64,000 bases of DNA. It comes from Callorhinchus milii (Eukaryota). The notes beneath the pieces were generated by a model. That model made no database searches. It worked only from the letters and a program-made list of their open reading frames with translations, and had not been told where the DNA came from. The translations under genes and the position numbers were made by a program. Shown here piece after piece: positions 50,256 through 60,675 of this stretch. The DNA is taken from positions 20,462,001-20,526,000 of the forward strand of contig NW_024704743.1 of assembly GCF_018977255.1 (NCBI RefSeq), in the 5' to 3' direction. Positions within the stretch are counted from its first letter, which is position 1, and each line of letters starts with the position of its first letter.

Positions 50256-51834
50256 GTAAAAATAGATTTTGTTCGGCCTAACCTTTTCCTTGGCAGAAGT
50301 ACTGGTAATTGCTGTCAGAATTAACTTTGCATTTGGAGAATCTTTTCACAGTTTAAAAGGTAGTGATTGAAATTCCGTCACTTTTTGTTCCCAGTTTTTG
50401 TGACTGTTCAGCTGATGTTTACCAGCACCATGCTGTTGAGTCCTGATGGCATGAGGACTGTGGAACCCTCTGTTATATTGTTTACACCCAACATGTTATC
50501 TGTATCTGTTTTGGCACAGAACTACAACTATGATGTTTGTGGATGCCAAAGTGAAACATGGCAGTTAAGGCCAATAATACGAAGAAGGCAAAAGTAGAGC
50601 ACCAGCAGTTTCAATAAGAGGCAGAGTTTGGTCAATTGAGTTACACCCACGTTGGCCCTGACGTAAAATGAGCCCTTCAGATTCACAATGCAAAGCATAT
50701 TCTGATGTTCAGTTTCTAGAGTTAAGGTCATATCCAACTCTATAAACTTAATGTAGCCCCAGTGTTAGAGAACTGTGATTTTTTCTTTTCTGGTTGGTCT
50801 CCTATGTACACTTTGGGGGTATTCTAAACTAGGAAGAGACAAGCTCCCCACTTTCCAGATAAATATTACAATGCCTGTGTTTCTTCAAATCAAATTTCAG
50901 AATGCTAGACTTTGCAGCTCTGTCTCCATCTTTAATCTAAATTGTCCGGTTTTTACTTTTGATTCCTGATGCTGAATAGAATAGGAAAACATATTTTGTT
51001 TATTTATTTTAAACTTAATCTTTCTCATAACATTTTCTATTGTTAGTGCTCATGTTTCTCTTGAACAGTTCTCAAATATAATAGCGAGCAATATACAACC
51101 AGTATACATTATTGCTCACATTCTTTCAATTTTCAAAATCATACTTTATTCAGTTTTATTATTTCGTCTTTCTTTTGTTCAATTAAGTCTCAGGTGAAAA
51201 AAAAGTAGATTTAACCCAGTATGGATTGTAACAAATACATTCAGACGTGAAGGAGCCATAACTCGCACCTTCACGTCAAGTTACAGATGGGGCCTAAATA
51301 TCGGAAACATAAACTGTTAAAATACATTGAACTAGAGGATGGACTTGTCAGCTTCATCCATAGTCTGTCGACAAGGCTCAGAACTGAAAAGAGAAGCCAA
51401 AGAAAAGGAAATAATGGGAGTTCTCCTTAGGTTAGGACTAGGTTATAGAAAAGCATCTGAAGTTACGATGCAACTTTCATTTGCAGTTCTCCTGCTCTGG
51501 AGCTATCATTTGGGAATTTTGAGATTGCAGTTCTACATGAAATTAAACAGAAATCCCAGAAAAAATGTCTGGGCATGTTTAAAAAGAGCATGTCAGTATT
51601 GCAGTAACACAATATATTTGACCTTCATTTGTTGTGCCTTCTATCTCCATCTCCATCCTAAGTTCCCACTCATTTATTTTACGCTAGAGGCAACAAGTGA
51701 GAACAGGTATTTTTTCAACACAAATTTGGAGCGAGCATCACTCTCCAGGCCACTTTCTGAATGGCATCAGCTGAGGTCTAGGAGCACATTGCCTTTGCAT
51801 ATTCTCTTTTTCCAATACTGTATGGAAAAGGTGG

Positions 51835-52225
51835 AACCTAGAACAACTGGAATAGGCCATTTGGTTTATCAATCCTGTCCTACCACTTTCCAAGATTGTG
51901 TCCGATCTACAACTCAATTCTCCCTCTCTGCGCTCTCTCCATATCGCTTGATACCCCATGTCTATCAAGCATATATCAATTTGCCTTTTAATTGATTCTG
52001 CCACCACTGCCCTTTGGGGGAGTGAATTCCACACTCCCACCACCTGCTGTGTGAAAAATGCTTCCTTATTTCATTTCTAAATGGGTTAGCCTCAAGTTTA
52101 AAACTATGGCCTCCTGTCCTCAATTCTCTCGCCAGTGGAAAGAGTAGCTTACTATTTAGTTGGTCAAATCCCTTCATAATTGTACATACCGCATTCAGAT
52201 CACCCCTCAATCTCCTGAACTCAGA
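51835..52225 (-). mobile_element. CR1-clade LINE 3' fragment
   Basis: Minus translations RRLRGDL..V..IMKGFD...RTGGHSFKL and VGVWNSLPQRAVVAESI..KRQID, typical of the CR1 ORF2 C-terminus. Confidence 0.88.
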
Positions 52226-52641
52226 AATAAGACAAGAAAAGCTTTGAAAAAGATGGAGTGGCAAATAAAAAGGGCCTTATTTTTCAAGGAAGCAATGTGC
52301 ATAATTGTTCTGGAGGAATAAGCCAGGTAAAAGAGCAGTCCCAATCCTCCAACCCGCTACCTTAAACTGGACTTTACACCTAACGAAAAATTTATTTAAA
52401 GTGGCATTCACCTATTAATTACATTTTTGTTAACCTGAAGTGATCTTACTCAGTGAATGAACACTTTTAAGTACCAGCAGCTTGTGTGGAAATTCTACCT
52501 GAATTAGAACATAAGTCATAAGTTATTCAAATATTCAGTTGAAGGTACATGCTTTTGTTTATTGTGTGGTATAGTGCTACAAACCTACTAGTACATAGCA
52601 TGTCGTGAAAATAGAATCCCCTTTTCATTTCCCACCTGATT

Positions 52642-52760
52642 ATAGCAATTAATACTACAGTGCCCAATTTGATCGTATATTACTTTGTAGGTAGTTTTCA
52701 TTAAAGATTTATGAAGTCATTTTTTGCTGAGCACAGGCCCCGTATTTTATGTCTAATGTG
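52642..52760 (+). repeat. Intronic copy of a direct repeat whose second copy is in the 3' UTR (53604-53733)
   Basis: Shared atagcaattaatac...atcgtatattactttg..gg...tttcattaaag.tttatgaagtcatttttt.ctgagcacaggcc..gtattttatgt.taatgtg. Confidence 0.9.
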
Positions 52761-53304
52761 TACAATGTGCTTGTGGTGGGTATTACCATAAGATGAGACT
52801 CTAAGTCCCCTATTGGCCACTGAGGAAATTTTTTAATTTTACCTTGCAATGTATTCTCCCCCATTAATCAAGCTACTGAGCTAGGTAAATGATTGTTTTA
52901 AAAATTGATTTGCTATAGTAACTGTATAATTTCTGCTAAATTATCATTCAAAAAAACGACAATACCTCTAATAGCAAATGTCATCTTTAAGGACTCCCTA
53001 CATCCTAGCATCATATACATGGAACAGCATAACCTTTAGCATTCCGGGTTCACCAATGTACATGATCTGTGGTGACAGTCTTTTAGTTAATAGGATATTT
53101 TACCAAGTTTTTGCTATGGAATAATATTGTGAAAGTGTTCCACAGATTACCTGAAGATGGTTGAGAACATTTCATACCAATGCCTTTTGTTTTGAATATT
53201 TTGACAATTTCCTCCGAACAAAACCTCTCATGTCTTGACTGTGAAGCAAAGTTCACATGCTGTTACCCCTGTGTTTAACCACTGGATATGTGTTCATTTT
53301 TCAG

Positions 53305-53371
53305 GTACTACTCTCCTGGATATTCAGATGCATTATTGGAAAGAGTGGAAAACTACCAACCAATTCCTTGA
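53305..53371 (+). CDS. SPAG6: SPAG6 last coding exon, 67 coding nt including TGA
   Basis: TTTTTCAG acceptor ending 53304. (R)YYSPGYSDALLERVENYQPIP then TGA at 53369-53371; matches the SPAG6 C-terminal YYSPGYS motif and completes the phase-2 codon. Confidence 0.96.
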
Positions 53372-53830
53372 GCCACTCACTAGTACCTTTCAAGCTAAAA
53401 CACATATATTTGGTTACTACTCTGTTAAAACCTTGTGAAGTATCTAACATTTTTACTAACATTTCCCCGATAGTTTGCAGTAACTACTACTATTACTTAC
53501 TATTCAGATTATTTTAATGTTTAAAGCAAGTCCATCTGAAATCAAGTTATCATCCAAATAAATGCCCTTATTTTAAACACTTGTACTGTATAATTTGCAT
53601 TCCATAGCAATTAATACCATAGTGCCTAATTGCCCCCAATTTAATCGTATATTACTTTGCAGGAAATTTTTCATTAAAGGTTTATGAAGTCATTTTTTAC
53701 TGAGCACAGGCCGTGTATTTTATGTATAATGTGCAATTTTAAATTCCTAGATGTGACACTCTGATACACATATTATTATTCAGCAATAAACAAGAAAACT
53801 TTGGTTTAAAAATAAATGGTTTGATGGAAT
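53372..53830 (+). other. SPAG6: Probable SPAG6 3' UTR with candidate polyadenylation signals
   Basis: AT-rich sequence after the stop; AATAAA at 53557-53562, 53785-53790 and 53811-53816. The cleavage site actually used is unknown. Confidence 0.6.
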
Positions 53831-54014
53831 CATTGTAGTTCAGCAAAGTAATTAAATTTACTAGGAAATCCAATCAACTATTCTTTGCTGCTTCCATTAG
53901 TCATCACTAGTCATCTGGAAGAGAGCAGGTACACACTCAGTATTCATGTAATTCAGTCAACAAAATCAATTACTTCAAAAAATGATGCAGTTCAGATCAG
54001 TAGAAATGTACCCA

Positions 54015-54125
54015 ATTGGATACACAATCAATTCACTTTCCAGTAGATTCTGTGAAGCACTTTGAGACGTCTCACTGACATGAGAAGGCACTATATCAAA
54101 TGCAAGGTTTGTTGTTGTTATTATT
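54015..54125 (+). mobile_element. SINE 3' fragment
   Basis: tcaattcactttccagtagattctgtgaagcactttgagacgtctc...tatcaaatgcaagg. Confidence 0.75.
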
Positions 54126-54856
54126 AATTTGGAAAAATGCTGCAGGTCTGCTTATTGTGAAAATTATGGTTGATTTCTAACATTGAGATCCTTTAATAAT
54201 GCAGCCAGACCTACAATCCGCACTCCTGGAGCAAGTGGCAAAATAGTTATTGGGTTGTTGGCTGGAAACCACCATCAGCTTAACATTGGGCTGTTAATGT
54301 CAGGGATTTTGAATAAGTATTCTTTTTTGTAGCTTGTAGCTGCTCGAAATACAGATTTTCCATTTTCGGGTGATGTTTAGGGGCCACTTAACACATATTT
54401 CAATCTATATTTTTATGAGGCAATTCGCAAAATCCGGTCGCCACTTGACCACCTGCCTCGGTTGCGGTTTATACCCTCTTCCCCCCCCCCCCCCCAGCAA
54501 CGTTACAATTAACTCCTGCTAAGGGCAAACCGTAGGACGTATACAAAGCCTCATTCATAATATATTTTTTCTCTTGGAAAAAAAACGTTATTACAGCTGG
54601 CGGTTGAGAAAACAAGATGTGCTACCTGAGTTCAGTGGCTTTTGGCGCAGTTCTTACTCGCCTCCATGTGAAATTCCAATCTGTTGCCTGTGGATAAACT
54701 ATACCGTAGTGTCTAAACACGCGAGAGGCACATTGGGTTATATGGTTAACCAATAAAGTCGAGTCATAATATTATTTCGGGGGCCGATGTGGGTCGTTTT
54801 CAAGAGTTGTTCGCATTCGACCTTTCACAACATCGAATTTGTAATCCTTTTTGAAC

Positions 54857-55830
54857 GGGTGGGGGGTTTGAGGGGGTGAGAGGGGTGAGAGGTGGGGGTG
54901 AGAGGGGTGAGGGGTGGGGGTGAGAGGGGTGGGGGTGAGGGGGATCAGTGTACAATAACATCACCTGAATCCAACATTACAAGATTAAAGGAAACGTGTG
55001 TAGGAACTGCGTTAAGTCTTTCGATCGAGGTCAGTGTTTTGGAGACACTGTGTGTGTGTGTGTGTGTACAGGTTTCGGTTCCTGTTTTGTTTCACTTTTT
55101 TGTTTCTTTTTTTTTTGCTGAAACCCAAAGCCTGGGTAGGCCGACGTGTCCTTTCTCAGCAGCCGTTCAGATCGCTTGTAACTTCTAGAAAATCAAATGC
55201 AAACCTTGGTTTCAGCTCAGACAATACTGAGGGCTTTCGATTTTTTTTGTGTGTGGAAACCAAGGCGATCAAACACACACACACACACACACTCGTTACA
55301 CTCGACCACCACTGACTGGTTGCTGTAGCCTCGGGGAGCAAAAAGCGGTCTTGTTTCAGTGTGATCCAGAACCCCCCAAAAAAACATTATGGGTTAATTT
55401 TTTTATGTATATGTATTGACGATGGGGTTCATTCTGGAGGAAAGTGTGCAGATTGAAAGGGCGATGGACGTGTGCGTGTATGTGTGTGGTGTGTGTGTGC
55501 GTATGTGTGTGGTGTGTGTGTATGTGTGTGGTGTGAGTGTATGTGTGTGGTGTGTGTGTGTGTGTGTGTAGTGTGTGTGTGTGTCAGGTGTTTTTTTCTC
55601 GAAGGTGAAAGGCTGGATTAAAGTGCAGGTATCTGCAGATCGCCACGCTGTTACACCACAGCTTGTGAGAGTCGCTCGGTTCCTCTTATCGAACAAAGCC
55701 ATCCTTGTGTGTGACTGAAATAAACTGTGAGAGAGGGAGAGAGAGGGAGAGGGAGGGAGAGCTTTCTCTCCCTCTGTCTCTCTCTCTCTCTCTCCCTCAC
55801 CCCCCACCCTCCTCTCCCTCTCTCTCTTTA
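54857..55830. repeat. Cluster of simple repeats: (GGGGTGAGA)-like G-rich tract, (GT)n, (CA)n, compound (GT) tract, GA and CT tracts
   Basis: G tract 54857-54943; (GT)n ~55048-55067; (CA)n ~55273-55291; GT-rich ~55470-55584; GA 55729-55761; CT 55762-55830. Confidence 0.9.
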
Positions 55831-55919
55831 CTGCCGATCGCTGTAATCCTGTGCAAATCTGCCCTCCACCCCCCCCCCCCAAAAAAAAATCAATCATCTA
55901 ACTCAAATTAAAACCTCTC

Positions 55920-56345
55920 TCGCCCTCTCTGGCTCTCCCCTTTCTCCCCCGGAGAGGCTCGACCCCAGACCCTCACCCTGACAGACCGACGCGGACACTG
56001 AGGACCGGGAGCACCCGATCGCTGCGCAGTTCCCACTTGCGGGCAGAGCTGCGGGTTTGCCGCTGGTTGGATGCTCTCTCCGCTATTGTGGAAACGTCGC
56101 AGAAAAAGCCAAGACAGGGGGAGGGGGGGGGAAAAAAGCCCCGATTTAAGGTGGATTTGTGCAGGAGGCAGCTTCCCGGATTCCCTGGCACCCCGGAACC
56201 TCTCTCCCTAACGTATCTATTCATATGCGCCTTTCCAACCGATCGCAGTTCAACCCCGTCCCGGAATCCCCACCTAAAGTGTTGCAAATTCACCCACGGT
56301 CTCAGCTTTATACCGACCATGTCCGGGTCTCGGCAGCTTTGCATT
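55920..56345. promoter_or_regulatory. CpG-rich, GC-rich non-repetitive segment (CpG-island-like)
   Basis: Dense CpGs (ccgacgcggac, ccgatcgctgcgc, gcgggtttgccgc) against a CpG-depleted intronic background; no recognisable protein. Function inferred only. Confidence 0.5.
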
Positions 56346-57977
56346 GGACAGAATAGAGCAATCCGGCATCATCAACACGTGTATTCATTTTTTTTTCCAA
56401 AAACAATGCACCATCTTCTGATATTTAGACAGTAAAAATTGCTGCTTGCGAGCATCTCACATCATCTTGTTCTCCTAATAACAAGACTTCACTTAATGAG
56501 CACCCCAGGCTGACTGTGCAGTGCAGCAAGCTGTGTGGCAGTCAGACACCTTTATGTTGTACCTCATTATTGGGTTACATTAGGTTAGTTGTGTGATAAA
56601 CACAGTATAAGGAATTACCTAACACTGGACATGACACGTCAACCGGGTATGACTCGTGTCATATAGCGATTTAACTATTTTAAACCCAAGTACTTGTTTT
56701 GAATACATTCTAACATTTCTGGTCAAACAGATTAAATCCGAGTTACAGGTTTAACGCGCACAGGGCGAAGCCATCTCACCAGAAACCCAATCATTCACAA
56801 CATCAGAAATGTATTGGTGGTGAGGAGAGTTAACGCCGTGTGCAATGTGCTCACTTTGGGGGTCTGAGCCACCCAACCGCACACCACAAATATGCACTGA
56901 GCCCACGACCACCATCGTTATTAATTATTTACTTATTTTATTCCCGAGCGCTTGTGCTTACGTTGCATTGTGCCAGAGGAGAGGGATCTGAGTATGTATA
57001 GAGATATATATGGTCCATTCGGATCCATGTTAGATTATTAACGTTTGACTAAACAGAACGGGTTTGCCAGTTCCGTGGGCTTTCCTTTCCTCTAAATCAT
57101 TGTGCCTGGGGTAAAGTTTCACTCACTGAAAGTTATCTTTCTTCTCCCAGATCCCAGTTTGCAGAGACTGACTATTGCAGACAGGACTGAACACAGACAG
57201 TGCCATTGATCACAAACCATAACCTTCAATAAACTCTTTGAGGTGATTATTAAAGCTCCAGAGAGCAAAACACATTTGATTTCTTTAAACACTTGTTTTG
57301 ATGGAAATCAACGTTAATCACTGGCTCTAAAACAAACTCCGACTTCTCTCCAGTACCGATAATAAGTGTTTTCACTTATTTTTAAAAAAAATATATAAAG
57401 GAATTTATCATTTTGTTTTTGGTGCGTTTTGATCAATGTGCGACAGAAACAATTTCTTCAGTGTTTAATATTTCGGCTTCTATGCCTAACTCTGATTTAG
57501 TTTTCTTTTACTGTATTGATATTCTGCACATTATTATTCTATTACAGGCCCCAGAGGGAAAGCTTCTCCTTACAACCGCAGTGGAACAAAGCAGATAAAT
57601 ACATAACTGCAATTTATGACCAAGTTACAGACCAACAGCCACCGCATTTAACAATTACTGTTAAGGGCTTCCTAGTTATAGAGTGCAGTAGAGTGCAAAT
57701 ATCTTAGGAACAAGGCCTAAAGTTATCAAACATGCCAGACTGTTATGTGTTAACTTTTGAAGAACATGATCGAGGAAGAGTGTTATCTGTGACATGTATT
57801 GCATCCACTGTTAGCAAAGCCCTTAAGTAAACTGAGATCCAGTGCAGATTAATCCCAGTTCCAATCTTTGAAACTGACAGATGACTAAAAAAAAAACCAT
57901 GCCATCCAAAGCAAGTATTTAGTGGAGCTCGAACAGAAAATACACAGATTCCTCCCCCACAGAACATGCCTTCACTT

Positions 57978-58080
57978 AATAATAATAATCATTGCATTTG
58001 ATATTGCGCCTTATCACGTCGTAGAGACGTTTCACACGATATACTGTAAAGTGAATTGACTGTATTCTGTGGGCGAGCGC
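57978..58080 (-). mobile_element. SINE 3' fragment
   Basis: (TAA)n + ttgcatttgatattgcgccttatcacgtcgtagagacg...tactgtaaagtgaattgactg. Confidence 0.8.
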
Positions 58081-60644
58081 CTGCAATGATCAGATTTAAC
58101 TAAAACAGTTGTACCACAACCAACGCGTCCTATTTTGATCAGGATGTGTTAGATATTAAAATCACGTTTCTCTACACTTCAATCTCTATCATCAAAACAT
58201 GATGAAATAATCAGTTCGAGTTGTTGCTCAGGGCACCAAATACTGGCAGCATTTGAAGTGTAACACATAGAGAAACGGATCCCTGCATAAGTTCCAGCTT
58301 CAAGCGAAAACATTTGATTATGTTTTAACAACATATTTTTTTACATCCCTCCTGTGTTGACGTCTTGTGGCTATATTAGTTGGACAGCTCGAATAAACCC
58401 CTTTATTCTAAGTGTGAATAATTGTCCCTTTGGCAGGGTGGCTTTGAGTCTGTTGCAAATGATGCCTAGATTGTATTTCTTCAGGTGACTGATACTGACC
58501 TGCTTTGAGTCTGCAGGGGAAGATTTTTAAACGTCAATACGTTTCGAGAAGGCAGATTTTTTTTTTCTCTCTGCGGTAAATATATCCAGACTGAGATGTT
58601 TCCAAACGCCTGCAGGAAAGTATGGGAAGCTCTGAGAATTCACCAACATGGCTGAAACCAATCAGCACATAACTCTGATAGTTATTGAATTCATTTTGCT
58701 TGTCCACTTGAGTCGTTTTGACCTCGGCTTAGATTTCACGTAACTTTCCAATTATTTTTTCGCTCACACTTCTCTTTATCGGCGTTAATAAAACGTGTTG
58801 ATAAAAACGCCCATTTTCGATATAATTGCCCTTAATGATTTCTCAAAACTTTATGCTAACATTTGCAACTTTCAGTGTCGTTATCCATGTTTTTTTTTCG
58901 CCCTACAACTCAACTGCACATATCTAATTGATAATTGCGGTTAAAACCTAACAGAAACTTTTGCAGAAGTAGCCATTTATTTGCTCCCAAAAACAATGTA
59001 GGCATTTTTTTGTTGGGGGGGGGGGGGGGTGGGTGTTGGGGGGATATTGCAGGACCTTACATTGGCCTGGAATCCAAACAAAGACTTTGAGGATCAATTA
59101 TGGGGAACTGATTTGAGAATTTGGTGCTTCAAACGCTGTTTTCTCTCTCTTGGCTGTTCACTTAATAAACTTATTTTCCACAATGAATGCCATACAAATG
59201 AAACGTTTATAAAGGACAAGTCTGGATCGCCCCCTGCCGACATCTCTCTAAAGGGGCCCCTGATGGAAATTGACGAATCTTTTAACTAACAGGAACAGAA
59301 ACCGGATAACATCGAGAAATAGGAACGTGGTGTTTTTTTTTAAGAAGAAGAAGAAGCCGAAAACATAGCTTTAAAAACTGTGGGAACTGCGTAAAAGTCA
59401 ACTTAAACTGCGCTACGAGGATTGGCAAACACACAGACACAACAGCATTGGGTTGTGCAGTCGTTCGCTCAGTGAATGAAATCATTCGTTCTCAGTCAAA
59501 CGCATTGCTGTAGTTTCCCCCCACACCCACACACACGCCCCCCCCTCAAAAAAAAAAGTTTTCAGCCACGCTCTGGACTTTGGCTTAAAGTCGAGGAGGT
59601 GGTGCAAAGCGGTCGGTAATAGTTTTAGTGTGAACGAACTCTTTCCGGGTAATGAGGATGACAACACAGGAAGAATAAACTATCAGTCCTGTTTCAGAGC
59701 TGGTTATATATATCAAAAGAAGATCTGAAGTGAATATCACAGGGCACACAAACAGGCCCTCGCCATGTGTACTTCGTTCTTGAGAATATCCATGCATGTC
59801 AAAACCTTACGTGTTATCTCCAGTTTTGCAATGTGATTCCAAACAGCAGCAAAAAATGATTACAAATGCACAGCTTAAGATGTCCTTATTACTCTGCATT
59901 TTCATAATAATACTACTACTAATAATACTAATACTATAAGAACAATTAAGTATATAATGCGGCGGCACAACCTGTCGCTATCTCATTCATGTCTGGTTTT
60001 AAGGAGGATCGTACCTTTTGCTTCATTTCCGTGAGACAAAAACAACTGCTTCTTTCAATACAATATGTTTTGGTTGAGGTTGTGGGACGCCGACACGCAA
60101 ACATCCCTCTGTTGTGCTGCAACCTTTTGTCGATAAAAATGCTGAAAGAAAGTGCAGTGAACTTTAATAGGAACCACAGTTATTATAATCAAATGGAATG
60201 AAGTGGTTATTAAAACAAAACACTACGGTGCAGTCAGTCTTTGGGTTGTAGGAATCTTTCAATGTCTTGTTCGCTCAGATTCTTGCATAGTATTGACAAC
60301 AAACACAAAACATCTGTGTGAATGCCACTTCCCTTTTGTAGGGGTTTCTGTCTGTGCAGGTTGGAGACAGGGACTGGGGTAAATCAATAAAATAATCGGT
60401 AATGCCTCAGTGCCGTGTCTACCCCCACACTGGAGAGTCATGAATTTGTCAGGATTTCTGTATATTTGGACTAAATATCCCACTTTATTTGCAGCGATAA
60501 TTGTTCACAAACCTCAAAACGAGCGGAATGAAATTCCTAGTTTGCTATTGTAACTATCATTCTTATACACACATATATACTGGTCATCAGGTGTACCAAA
60601 CACTAGCATATGGTGTGTGCTGTACCTATACATAGTCTGGGCGC

Positions 60645-60675
<31 letters not shown>

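Noticed and set aside
51339..51995. 218-aa plus-strand ORF
   Set aside because: No recognisable homology; its 3' part is the antisense strand of a CR1 fragment.
3472..53304. Minor (U12) spliceosome introns in SPAG6
   Set aside because: All eight donors are GTRAG/GTAAA/GTTAG U2-type; none matches RTATCCTT.
55403..56435. ORFs over the CpG-rich and microsatellite region (164, 123, 132 aa)
   Set aside because: Products are translations of simple repeats (THTH, ERER, SLSL) or lack any recognisable domain or splice-consistent exon structure.
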